Shown here piece by piece: positions 1-12,505 of a stretch of 64,000 nt of DNA (positions within the stretch are counted from its first letter, which is position 1; each line of letters opens with the position of its first letter). Position numbers and translations under genes: made by a program. A model generated the notes under the pieces. The model ran no database searches, was not told where the DNA came from, and saw only the letters and a list, made by a program, of their open reading frames with translations. Location: assembly GCF_036321535.1 (NCBI RefSeq), contig NC_087436.1, forward strand, positions 67,458,001 to 67,522,000. Reading direction: 5' to 3'. Source of the DNA: Camelus dromedarius. Its lineage: Eukaryota.

Positions 1-19
1 TTTAACAGGTGGGAAAACG

Positions 20-520
20 TTGGCGATAACTGACCGAGTTTCTCCCTCACATCCGTCCTTGCCTCCCCCTGTCCTCTCCTGCATTGCTAAGGCTGACCTA
101 AAGAACACATTCCCACACTCCACTGTCGCCTGGGTTCTGGATGGGATCAGGCAATGGGGCAATACTGGGAGGGTAGAGGAGAGAGACAATCCAAGTTATT
201 TCTGCCCCCCTCCTTCTTTGCCACTCCTTTCTCTCCTTCCATTTCCACCATCTGCTACATCTTATATTTCCAACTGCCACTGAACAGGACGGCTCTATTG
301 TTGCATTACCTGAGTGGTCTGTACTCTGCACTCTAGTAGCACTACTCCCTCCCTTGGACCTTCTGGTCTTGGATTTCTGGTAATTTTATGTTCAGATTCA
401 TTGCAGGGTACCTTACTTTCCCCTTTCTGGCTTCATGTCTCCCTCATCATGCATGTAGCCACATTTGCAGATTTAAAACCTCATTGTTTTAAATATTCAA
501 GTGGTTTCTGCTATGGGTTA
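20..520 (+). mobile_element. Ancient ERVL-class LTR (LTR33/LTR41-like)
   Basis: aacacattcccacactcc...ctgggttctggatg...caatggggcaatactgggagg and the 3' portion resemble this LTR group. Family not certain. Confidence 0.5.
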
Positions 521-842
521 AGTTCTTATTGAAACAATTACTTAGATGTTAGGTGGTAAAAATTAAACTTGAACCCAGAGGATCTGAATCTAATCCAAGG
601 CTGTTTCTATTTCTATACCAGAGTAGCCATTCAGACTCAATTTAACCTTGATCATGATCAGGAAGGGGGCTTTCCGTTTAATATAGAGAGATATAAAAAA
701 TTCCACTTTGTGGAATGACAATTAGAAGTTTGTATGCTATAAGTATAATGAATGTTACTCATTGTTCTGTGATTATTCTAGAGATATTACTAAATCTTGT
801 CAAACATTTTCTTTATAGTTATCAACTAAAAATAATCATGAG

Positions 843-1024
843 ATGTCTGTGAGGTCTTTCTACATTTTGTAGATAAGTTCATTTGTGTCTTTTTTTTTTT
901 TTTTTTAGATTCCACAAGTAAGCCATATCATATGGTGTTTTTCTTTCTCTTTCTGACTTACTTGACTTAGAATGACAGGTAAAAGAAGTGGGAAGGGATA
1001 GATTGGAAATTTGAAATCTGCACA
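843..1024. mobile_element. Short L1 3' fragment with internal inversion (843-977 minus, 978-1024 plus)
   Basis: Both pieces align by eye to adjacent parts of the L1 at ~7885-8100, in opposite orientations. Confidence 0.75.
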
Positions 1025-1165
1025 TCTTGGGGAGTAATGGAATTGTTAGCTGTCTTGTGGTAGTTTCACTGGTGTATACGTCTATCAAAATTCATCAAAT
1101 TATACGTCTGAAATATGTATAGTTTACTGTACAAGAATCATACCACAATAAAGGTGTTAAACATA
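1025..1165 (+). mobile_element. Old L1M (L1MC/MD/ME-type) 3' end
   Basis: ggtagtttcactggtgtatacgtctatcaaaattcatcaaattatac...aataaaggtgtt. Confidence 0.7.
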
Positions 1166-2234
1166 ATTAATGAGATACTCTATCCAATATTTATATCTGA
1201 TAGAATATTACTTAGTAAAATGTCAGATCAAAAGTATTTAGATGCCTTGTTGCTATGTAACTTCTGATTTGTTTCAAACAGGTTGGTAAATGACTGTTTT
1301 TAAAACTCATTATGACAATTCATACATAGGATATGGAATATCATAGCTCATGAGGAAAAAAACTATTTAGAATCACTAAATGCCAGTGTTCTCTATTCAA
1401 CGTGAAATATATATTTAGTATGTATTAATAGTACTTATTTAAAAGTTTAAAGTATCAGATTGTATTTACTCACTTAAAATGTACATCTTATTTTTTACCA
1501 TGTTAACTTTTAAGAAATAAATTACTCTTTATATTTGGTAATACATTATTTTCCTTTTGTCTTTTCTGATTAACATTTGATAGAGGACTGTCAAGAAACA
1601 GAAAATCTGGAGATACATAGATAAATATGCTTATATATCTACATAGTTTTACATATGTGTATCCCAGCCTTTCTACTGTATATATATATATATAATATAT
1701 TTATTTCTACTCTTCATATATTTATATGCACACTTTCAGTTAATTCCTGAATATTATGTCATTTTAAAAAAAGATTATAGTGCAGATGACTACTTTAAGC
1801 TAATTTTACCTTTTGTTTTCTATTTTTTTTGTAGCTTGAATGGTATGCATTTTATTTTTATGTTCTACTTGTACCTTTCTCTTAAATGGGGTATCAGTTG
1901 GGTTCTAATAGGACAATCACAAAGGAAGCCATTACCCGAGTTGCCCATAATCTGTCTTTCTTTTCCTTATTGAGTAGTATATAATTTATGTTGTTTAAAG
2001 CTTATTCTTTTTCCTTCTCATTATTATTATCATACTATCAGCAAACATATATCAATGCCTACATACACACAAACTCTAGTTACCAGAAATGTACTTAATT
2101 TAAAAGGGCAGTTAATGTCCTTTCCCAGCTAACAAAATCAAATTAAAATCTATACTGACAAAATAGACGAAATTGGGAGATAGCAGATATAACACATATC
2201 CCCAATAAACACATCAGTGTGAACATGCGTGCAC

Positions 2235-2235
<1 letters not shown>

Positions 2236-2266
<31 letters not shown>

Positions 2267-2290
2267 TCACTCACTCACCCACCCACACTA
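2236..2290. repeat. (CA)n/(CACT)n microsatellite
   Basis: Direct read. Confidence 0.95.
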
Positions 2291-2869
2291 GTCACAAGCA
2301 TACATGATCACAAAAGTCCTAGAATTTTAAACCAAATTTGTATGCTAAGTATCCCAGAAAAGCAGGTTAAATAAGTGGTGACTTCTTACTACAGATTCCC
2401 CAATTTAAATAGCTACGATACAGCCATCTGGGCATATCCACAGATGCACAGCTTGGCAGCAAGCACAGCAGTTTGCAGAAGGTCATATGCTAAGTTTGGA
2501 CATCCCAGCATTTCCTTTGCACTAAAATTTCAAAGCCAGATTATGAAGAAAAGAGTTGTGAATTTAATGCACATGTATAGTTAGCAGTATTTTTTGCATT
2601 TGGCATATTTGAAATCGATTGAAGTTAAAAGATGTGGTTAGGTGCTTTCTAGTCCCATACTGAATGCATCATGGAAGTCATTTTGAAGTAATTGCTCCAC
2701 AAGACATGGTTCTATAAGTCAAGTTAGTTGCTTAAATATGTAATTCAAACTTGTGCCTTGACTTTGTTATACACCACATGATTAGATTTAATTTTTCTTA
2801 TTTTTGAAAATCAAATATTTCCTCAATGAATATACAGTTATGAACAGAAATAAGAAAAAAATTACCATT

Positions 2870-3074
2870 TAGTGGTGCTCAACTGAAGGTGGTGTTCTCT
2901 GAGAGACCATTTGGAACCATCTGGATACATTTTTGACTGTCACAACAGAGGGAGGGGTTGGTACAGGCACCTAGCACAGAAAGGCCAAGTGGGCTGCTGT
3001 ACTTTCTACAGTACACAGGACAGTCCCTTGTTATCTAGCCAGACATATCAATAATTCTGAGGCTGAAAATTCTG
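2870..3074 (+). mobile_element. MER20-like hAT-Charlie DNA transposon
   Basis: agtggtgctcaac...catttttgactgtcacaac...cacaggacagtccc...tgaggctgaaaattctg follows the MER20 layout. Confidence 0.8.
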
Positions 3075-3184
3075 TTGTAGTGTAACATTTGGTGGTGGCA
3101 TTGTCATGTCACTACTTCATAATACATGCATAGCCAGTTTAGTGTTATGTGTAAGAAGAAGGAGGCTTCCCTGGGCAGGCCTAA

Positions 3185-4590
3185 AAGCAGATTGAAGATT
3201 GTAGAATAAAGAAACTGAACCTGGAGTCTGATTGCCAGAAATTATTAAATCTGAAGAAATGATACAAAAAGAGATGGATTAATAATAATAAAGAGCACCT
3301 CCATGGCACGTGCGACAATGTAAGATCTCACAAACGTATCACTGGAATCCCAGAAGGAAAGAGTAGGTCAGAAAAAAATAAGGACCATGATGGCAGAACA
3401 TTTTCCAAATTTGGTGTTAAATATCAACCAAAAATCTAAGAAGTTCAGTGAATCTCAAAAAAGTTAAAAGCAAAGGAAAGACATATTAGGAACAGCATAG
3501 TCAAATCTTTAAAAGTAAAAGACAAAGAGAAAAATCTTGAGGACAGAAAAAATAAAGATGAATAATATACACAGAAAAAAACTATAGAGATCAGAAGAAA
3601 AAAGAAAATAAAGACAAAAATTTTTTTCTGTTAGTCCTTCTTCCATAGCCAGGAAAAAAATCCTTCAAAAATACAGGTGAAATTAAAACATTTTCATATA
3701 CATGAAGGCTGAGAGAAGTTGTTGCTAAATAAGGAACTTAATCAGGCTGCAGGTAAATTATACCAAAATACCTGGAGAAAAACTAGATCTAAAAGAAGGA
3801 ATTAACCAAAACTGGCAAATAAGTGATAAATATAAAGGACTACTTTTTCTGTTAGGTAATATAAAAATAACTGTTTAAAACAGAAAATAATGCCATTGTA
3901 ATTGGGGTTTATAGTGTTTGTGGAACTAAAATACATGACAGTAATAGCCAATGCATGTGGGGATGATGAATGTAATACTTACATTCATGTTCAAATATTT
4001 AAAAACTGAGTAGGAAGTGATATGTGAAGTTCAATGGGATAAATTAAAGATGCATTTCATAATTCCTAGAGAAACCACTAAAATATAATAATTATACATT
4101 TGGCTAAAAATCTAATATAAAGAATAATCCAAAAGAAAGCAAGAAAAGAAAAACTGAGGAACAAAATAGAGATGGGGCAAAAACACAAACAGCGGTTATT
4201 TCGACTTAAATACAAGATATCAATAGCTATGCTATATGTTAGTCTTCACATTTCAATTAAAAGACATAGATTATCACACAAAATTATAATTTAAAAAAAG
4301 ACCCAACCACAGGTTGTCTGCACTTTAAAGACACACGTTAAAGGTGAAAGTGTGGGAGAAAATGTATCTCACCAGTAATAACAGTAAAATAGGGTGGCAA
4401 TAGTACTGTAAGAGAAATTAGACTTCAAGATAGAGTGTCATCAGAAATAAAAGGGACATATTTATAAAAGGCTTGATTCGGCAGTAAGACATAAAATCCC
4501 AAATACATCTACACCTAATGACAGAACTTCAAAATGAATAAAGAAATAGTAGCAGCTGTAAAGGGAGAAATAGACATCAAATTTTCAGAA
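3185..4590 (+). mobile_element. Ancient L1M fragment (ORF1 3' half, spacer, start of ORF2)
   Basis: ggaatcccagaagg, ttttccaaatttg, catagtcaaa, ccttcaaaaat, gacttcaag, cacctaatgacagaacttcaaaat. A-rich and highly decayed. Confidence 0.75.
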
Positions 4591-5185
4591 ATTTTTATTT
4601 TGTCTATATTTAATCATGAACATATTGTACCAAGTAAAGATAGAAATAATACAGGCTCAGTGGATATACCTCACTTTTTTTTAATGTACACATATAAATA
4701 GAAAAACAGATCATCAATAGGCAATAATCTCAAAACTGACATATTTCTGCTTAGAGTTGTAATTCAGCAAGTGCATATATGTTAACCAGGAAATTAACCC
4801 AGCTAGTATTATTTGGATCATGTTAAGGATATAAACATATCAAATGGAACAGCATTCTCTGAGCCACAGTGAACGACAAAGGGTAAGGAGAATTTGTCCT
4901 GGAAATTGATAACCAGAAGCCAGCTTGCAATTAACCAGTTTCCTGGGGGCAAATCAGAATTCTTTAGGATAACACAGAGATCATAGTTAACTGAATTAGA
5001 CTGGTCACAAAGACTTAAAGCAAAACGGTCTGTGGCTTGCTAAATTTTTAATCTCAATAGCAGTTCTTTGTTTTCAGCTCCAGTTGGCATAACACATTAA
5101 TACTGTATTCCATAAAAAAAGTTAAAAAAAATACTGTATTCCTGATCTATTATTTTTACAAGGCTAGCAACAATGTGTATCTGTC

Positions 5186-5475
5186 TTCCAAAAAGTTTTG
5201 AACTGTGCCCCACAGTGAGTAATACGTTTTACATTGATACCCAAAACACACACATACAAACACATACACACTCACTCATACACTCACTGGAATTAAAAAT
5301 TGTTTCATAAAGTTAATATACCAGCTTAAATGCATAATGGCAGTCTACTCTTTTCTGCTCTCTTCTGTTCTATTCAATTATATTCTATTCAATTCTATTT
5401 ATTAATGCTGGGCTTAAACCATTAAATTGATTTCAAGATCTACAATGAGTCATTAATCACAATTTGAAAATTAAC
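5186..5475 (-). mobile_element. hAT-Charlie element (MER112-like)
   Basis: cccacagtgagtaatacgttttacattg...ctattc repeats...attaaattgatttca resemble the MER112 reverse strand. Confidence 0.6.
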
Positions 5476-6029
5476 GTTTAGATGATAATGAGCATATTTG
5501 GTTAGATTAAGTCACCAAAATGTAATATATTTTAAAAGGTAGTCTGCAATCAATGTGTTAAATTAAGCTATTGAGGAATCATATTATTAATATAAATATT
5601 TAACTAGATTCTATTTGATTAGAAAAAATTAATAACCTGATTCTTAATACTGTTCATCTGTGAGCTAGGCATGATTTGCCTTGTGCTACTCAATATCTGT
5701 GACCTCCTTTCCTCTTCAGTTAAATGGGTTGTGTTTATAAAGAGTGTTTCTTCAGTGAGACTTGAGAAGTCAATATGTAATGACATATATAATAGGGGAG
5801 GAGAATTAGAAATATTGATGAAAAGAATTTGAGTAGAATAAGATCAAGAGAACACAACTGCACAGAAGAATCCAAGACAGAAAAGAGAATATAACACAAA
5901 TAAAAATATTTGATAAATCAATAAATACAAAAGATAAGAAATATGATGCTACCACTGTGAAAGGAAAGAAATGTCAATATCAAGAGCCTTTCAAGAGAAG
6001 CATTTACAAAACTGACAGCATAACTGTAG

Positions 6030-6245
6030 GACATTTCTTACTCGTCAGGTGCTTTCCAAGGAGCTGAACATGTGCTAAATGGTTTATAGTCTTATAACAA
6101 CCCCAGGAGGCAGGTACAGTTCTTATCCCCATTTCGTATGGGAGCAAGCCAAAGTAAGGCTTTCAGGGTCGCACAGCTTATAAGCATTAGAACCACAACA
6201 GGAGCACAGTTGTCTAGCCCCAAAGAACACACTCTTAACTACTAC
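6030..6245 (-). mobile_element. MIR SINE
   Basis: ataacaacccc...aggtac...ttatccccattt...gggtcgcacagct core. Confidence 0.7.
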
Positions 6246-6404
6246 TCCCACTCCACAGTTACTACAGTGTGAGCTTGACAACATTAGGTTTGTGCTGTGA
6301 ATAAAAAGCTCTTTTGGAGTCAAACCCAACCAGTAAATGACAGAGCCATGCTTCACACCCATATGGCTCTAAGTGTAAAGCTTTTTCTCTTAAGAACTGC
6401 TCTG

Positions 6405-6640
6405 CAGAGACTTACTGTGGACGTCAACTGTGCCCCTTGACACACGTATCCACTTTGCAGCATAGTCTTTAAATCTCACAAAGACCTTATGGAAAGCTCG
6501 TATTATCCTCTCAGTGTTGTGTATGTATGAAGATAACTCAGATACAGATGGTTTAATAACTTAAATAACAACACAAAGGTAGTAAATAGGAGAGCCTGGA
6601 TTCAAACCCAGGCCATCTGACTCTAGTGCACTTACTCAAT
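6405..6640 (-). mobile_element. MIR SINE
   Basis: gagcctggattcaaacccaggccatctgactctag core. Confidence 0.7.
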
Positions 6641-7434
6641 ATGATGTAAAGCAATGTTCCACAGGATATATTTACAGAACAGTGTTTAAAATCATAGGTA
6701 TTACACAGTTTATGAAGACATATTCAAATAGAGATGATTAAGGAACATGACAGAGAAAAAAGGGACTATGCTTGTTGGAGAGTCATTGTACCTATTACAT
6801 GTAACAGTGAAATAAAGAACTGTGGGTATTATCAGTGCCAGGAAAATTTGTATGTGCATAGGTCTGCTGTTCTCAGATGACTGTAAGTACAATGCACAAC
6901 TGTGGGCGTACTTAGTGGAAGTAAGTCTTCACACACATGAACAAGAAGAGTCATAACTGGTTATTGGAGACCTTGAAAGCCCTCTAAGTTTCTCACTTCA
7001 TACCAAAGACCAAGATCAGTTTCTGATACATTAAATAGTTAACAAAGAAACTAAACAAAACCCAAAATAATAAAATAGGGCTGAATTTATATTATGTCTA
7101 AGGTATTTTAGGGGCAAAGAAGAAAGTAAAAAAAAATTAGATCAATTAAAATGTAAGTTAAAAAAGAACATCTTAATATAATCAAATGCAATCAAGCAGG
7201 AAACCTGGAAAAAAGTAAAGTATTTGCAAATACATGTCTAAGCAATTGTTATCAAGCTTAATCAACAAAATGCTCATAAAATCAATATGAAGTACACCCT
7301 TAATCCCACTGGGAAACTAGACTCCAAAAAGAAAAAGGAGAGCTGATGGTACTTTGTGAACACACATATTGACCTTTGATTATGCATGGACATGGGTTGT
7401 AAAAGAATGGGGTCCTTTATGTGGCTTCAAAGTC

Positions 7435-7545
7435 ACTAAGAGTTTGGGCTTTGAAGTCTGATGTACCTGGGTTTGAATCTACTTTCAATCAACCTCACAG
7501 CAGCTATGTGGCCCTGGTCTAGTTAGCTTCAGATTTCCTTCAGAA
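7435..7545 (+). mobile_element. MIR SINE fragment
   Basis: gggctttgaagtctgatgtacctgggtttgaatc. Confidence 0.65.
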
Positions 7546-7676
7546 ATATGTCTGCTTTCAACATTGACTCATTTATTGAATTGTGTATTGTTTCTATATC
7601 TAAGGTAATTTTTTTTTTACAATTTATGCATGGTTTTCTCATGTTCTTATCATGTGGAACTGACTCTTATATATAT

Positions 7677-8925
7677 ATTTTTTTTAATTTTTTAATTGAA
7701 ATATAGTCAGTTACAATGTGTCAGTTTCTGGTGTACAGCACAATGTCCTAGTCATGCATATACATACATATATTTATCTTCATATTCTTTTTCATTAAAG
7801 GTTATTATAAGATATTGAATATAGTCCCCTGTGCTGTACAGAAGAAACTTTTTTTTTTAATCTTGTTTTATATATAGCGGCTAACGTTTGCAAATCTCAA
7901 ACTCCCAAATTTATCCCTTCCACCCCTTTCTCTGGTAACCACAAGATTGTTTACTATGTCTGCGAGGCTCTGTTTTGTAGATAAGTTTATAGTGTCCTTT
8001 TTTCCTTAATTTTTTTTTTTTAAGATTCCACATATGAGTGATATCACATGGTATTTTTCTTTCTTTTTCTGGCTTCACTCTTTCTGGCTTAGTATGACAG
8101 TCTCTAGGTCCATCCATGTTGCTGCAAATGGCATTATTTTATTCTTTTTTATGGCTGAGTAGTATTCCATTGTATAAATATATCACAGCTTCTTTATCCA
8201 GTCATCTGCCGATAGACATTTAGGTTGCTTCTATGTCTTGGCTATTGTGTATAGTGCTGCTGTAAACATTGGGGGGCATGTATCTTTTCGAATTAGAGTT
8301 CCCTCTGGATATGTACCCAGGAGTGGGATTGCTGGATCATATGGTAAGTCTATTTTTAGTTTTTTGAGTAATCTCCATAATGTTTTCCATAACAGTTGTA
8401 CCAAACTACATTCCCACCCACAGTGTAAGAGGGTTCCCTTTTCTCCACAGTCTCTCCAGCATTTATCGTTCATGGATTTTGAATGATGGCCATTCTGACT
8501 GATGTGAGGTGATACCTCAATATAGTTTTGATTTGCACTTCTCTGATAATTAGTATATTGAGAACTTTTTTACGTGCCTGCTGGCCGTTTATATGTCTTC
8601 ATTGGAGAATTGCTTGCTTAGGTCTTCGGCCCATTTTTGGATTGAGTTGTTTGGTTTTTTGTTATTAAGTTGTATGGACTGTTTATATATTCTGGAAATT
8701 AAGCCTTTGTCAGTTGTATCATTTGCAAATATTCTCCCATTCTGTAGGTTGTCATTTTGTTTTGCTTATGGTTTCCTTTGCTATGCAAAAGATTATAAGT
8801 TAATTAGGTCCCATTTGTGGGGTTTTTTTTTTTTTTTTTTTTTTTTGCTCTTATTTGTATTGCCTGGGTAGACTGCTGTATGAGAACATTGCTAAAATGT
8901 ATGTCAGAAAATGTCATGTATGTTT
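7677..8925 (-). mobile_element. 5'-truncated LINE-1 (ORF2 C-terminus plus 3'UTR), older related subfamily
   Basis: ORF 8231-8473 reads [23 protein letters not shown]. The 3'UTR is related to that of the young copies. T-rich tail at ~7677-7693. Confidence 0.92.
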
Positions 8926-11900
8926 CTTTTAAGTACCTTGCATTCCCTTCTTTCATCCTTCAGTTTTCTTGACACTTCTTCCTTTTTAAGTGGCCTGTTC
9001 CTATGTGTTGAAGATTATTTAATGGAGGAACCACAGAAAATTAACATTATTAACACATATACAGAAACAACATAGATCATTAGGGGAAGTCAACTTTAGA
9101 AATTTTCAGAGATATTTCTGAGGAAGATAGATTTGCCATATTTAGTATCAACACCAGTTAAATTTCAATTCAGATTAAGAATGGATATTGGGGACATACT
9201 TATACTAAAAATGTTTTTAGTAAGTAGGATAATCATAAAGAGGGTATGTACCAAATACAACAATCTTAACATTGAAACATTCAATTTAAAACTGATCCAT
9301 TTTTTTTTTAAATTGATGAAAATGACAGTCTTGACACTTAAGGAGAAATGAAACTGAAAAAAATGTTAAAATACATAAAACTACAAAAAGAAAAATGTGG
9401 TATAAAGCATGGAACTGGATTTAGAACTATTCGTGGGTCAGAAGCTGTGGAAGAGTCATACAAAGCAGGAAGTTTTATTTGGCACAAAGAAGATGGCTGA
9501 CCCTAAGATAGATCAGATATGACTTGGAAGATTTATTGCAAGGATGAGTCACCAAGGAAAAAAAAAAATAGATTTATGTTTATATGTAATCCAAGGAGAC
9601 AGAAGTCTAGAAAAAATATTTATTTATGAATGGAACCAGAAACATAATGCAATATGTCAAGTCAAAAGTACGTCAAACGTATTAGATGAAATGGATGTAA
9701 GTACCCTGAAATTCTGTTAGAAGGACAATGTCAACCATGTGGAAGAGTAGTTTTATCAACTTTTATTAAAGCCAATGGTTGTACCAACCTTTTTTTGATA
9801 GGCATAAGACTATTTTTTCCTAGAAAATTTTATGTACAAGATCAACATGTAAAATAGACAATGAAAGTGCAGTGGTGGAAGCAGTTGAGAAGCTCATTGT
9901 CTCAGTGAAAATCTGGTGAACAGTGTAGCAGCCTCAAACACCAAAGTAGTGGTGGCTTCCCTTACCATGTGATAAACTCACACACACACATTCAAAACTG
10001 TCAAATAACTTGAAGTCTCAAAGTGTCAATTCCTAATTGATTCTTATTTTTAAATATAATTTAATTTTTTTTCCACCTTTTGGACGACTTGCCTTACTGG
10101 TAGTTTATACAGAGACATAGTACACATCCTGTTAAGTCAGCAGTGATAAAGACTGACTTCTCTCCTGCTTCCTCCAAATAGGGTTCTAAAGGACAAGGAG
10201 AGACTTGATCAGGAATATATTTGAGGCAAAGTCGTGTAAGTTCAGTAAAAATGACAGGAACTATGAGCAAGAAGGAATGAAGGTTATGAAGTATAGGTCA
10301 AAGATACTGTTTTTCCTGATTATTGTATCAACTAAAAATTCGTTTTTAAAAACTAATAATGATACATGGCAATTATCTAATTCTTGTGATAAGAGGGAGT
10401 TATTAAGGGGAGATAAGAAGTAAAAGGAACAGAAGCCCCATTTTTATTTCAAAGTGGCAAAGTATGGGTATAATTTAGAATGGAATATAGACTCCTCTCC
10501 TATAAAGAAAGTATAAAGCCTGGGATTTAAAGAGCATACATAGGTATTTCCAATTGCAGAATCATTTAATGGCGTTTCAAAGACAGAGAGTAGAACTTGA
10601 AAAAAAATAGCAGGCAATAGAAATGCTTCATCTTCACCTACACTGTGTAAGCCTTTCTAGAGATTCTGGTCACGGGCTTTTATTTATTACACTCTCTTCC
10701 TGGACATTTCCACTTGTTCCCAAGAAGCAGGGAAGTCCTGCTCTCAGGACTTTGATATCACCTCTCTTGTTAGTATCCATAAGAAAAACAAGTATTTTAA
10801 TATTTCACAGGAGATGTACAGAGTGGAGTTGGTGGATGAAAGAGAGGGAAGGAGGGAGAGGAGGAAGGATGGGGGAGGGAAGAGAGAGGGGGCTGGGTGT
10901 GGTGGATGTGAGAAGACACAAAACACTAGGGATTTGCATTACAACTCACAGCCAGCCACCTGGTTCTGAAATATCATCATTCTCACCTTTGGTCTTTTCT
11001 TTTGGAGGTAGATATGTTCAAATACCATTTCAGTGGAACTCCATACTCAGAGATGGGGCTGTACTATTCACCTTGGGTGTGATCAGCTTTGGCAGAGAGA
11101 AGTTTAGTGGTTTATCTTTCATTCAAGGCCCTTCATTTTCATGTAGCAGTTGTCCTGATTCCATGCTGAGTTGAGAGGTAGCAGATATACTGTGAAGTCT
11201 GCAGTGGCAGGAAGAAAGCCACTCTTCTCTCCCTAGCCAGCGGGACACTGAGGGGGACTGCCCACCTTTGTGTGTGTGTGTTTTGTTTTTTGTTTTGATT
11301 TGTTTTTTTCTCGTTGGCCAATGTAGCAGAAACCCGGAGCTAGGTAGCTTCCTAGAGTCTAATGGCATCTGAGTCGGCTTGAGGGTGCTAATGGGTTCTG
11401 TCCAATCCAAGAGAGAGATTAACTCACTAGCTATACCAGCTTTAGATTCAGCACTAAAAATTGAGCCGAGAACCAGTGACCAGAGGATGCTGAGGACAGG
11501 GCCTAAACCCAAGGATGACATCTCAGTATAGCTGCCCAGCTTTGCCCCGTCTCTGCCCATCTTGCTCAGCCATGCCGTAGGATGAAAAAGCTAGACTCTT
11601 TAAGACTCCTTAAGACTCCTTATCCATGAAACACATTTTCTAATTGAAATGAGACTGAACATCATTCAAGTAGACTCTTTATATTGTTACACAGGAGTAT
11701 GTTTATTATTTGTAACTAAAGTTTATCATTTTTCACATTAAAACATAAGTGAATTCTCATGAGGAAGTAATAAAATGAGTAAATAAGATTAAAACACAGT
11801 GCTTTCTCAGCACATAAAACTTATGGTACAGGTGGACTTTGTCAACTCACTTCTAATAATTCTCTTCATTTTAATGCATTTCCTAACACCCAGTGTATCT

Positions 11901-12269
11901 CACAGACATTCCTTGGCAAATATGCCTCCAGAATTTTGGTAATGGAGGAAATTGAAGGAGGCAATATTGTTGAAAGGAGGGCTGAGGTCCTGTCGTGAAA
12001 CCCTCTTTGCTCTGAAAACATTCTTTCTACTAAGTGAATGCTTATTTAGTGTGGCTTTGATGGAATTGAATAAAACTTATTCAGTGCTTTTCCCAGTGTC
12101 TTAAGAAATGCCTATCTGAAACTTTATTATGCTTTTAGAGTAGATAAATGCAGAAATTATGACTGGCAGTTATATGTGAAATTGTATTTATCTAGGCAAT
12201 ATGCAAGTTCAATCTCTGTAAATTTAAATGTGTGGGTGTGCATTGCCGACTCTCTTAAGATTCAGATTC

Positions 12270-12505
12270 AAATAATAGCTACTGATTGCCGCTGATAGAC
12301 CAGAGCTAGTGCAAAGCTCATTACCAACATTTTATCATTGAAATGCCCTGAAGATTCTGTAAGGTCAGTATTATTATACCCAGTTCATAGATGAGAAAAC
12401 TGATATTGAATGTGGTGAATTAACTTCCCAAGAATAAACAGCTATAAAGACTATAGATCCAATTTTGAATCTTGTTGTTCCTGTGATTTAAACTCTAATG
12501 CTTTG
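12270..12505 (-). mobile_element. MIR SINE
   Basis: tattattatacccagttcatagatgagaaaactga...taacttcccaag. Confidence 0.7.
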
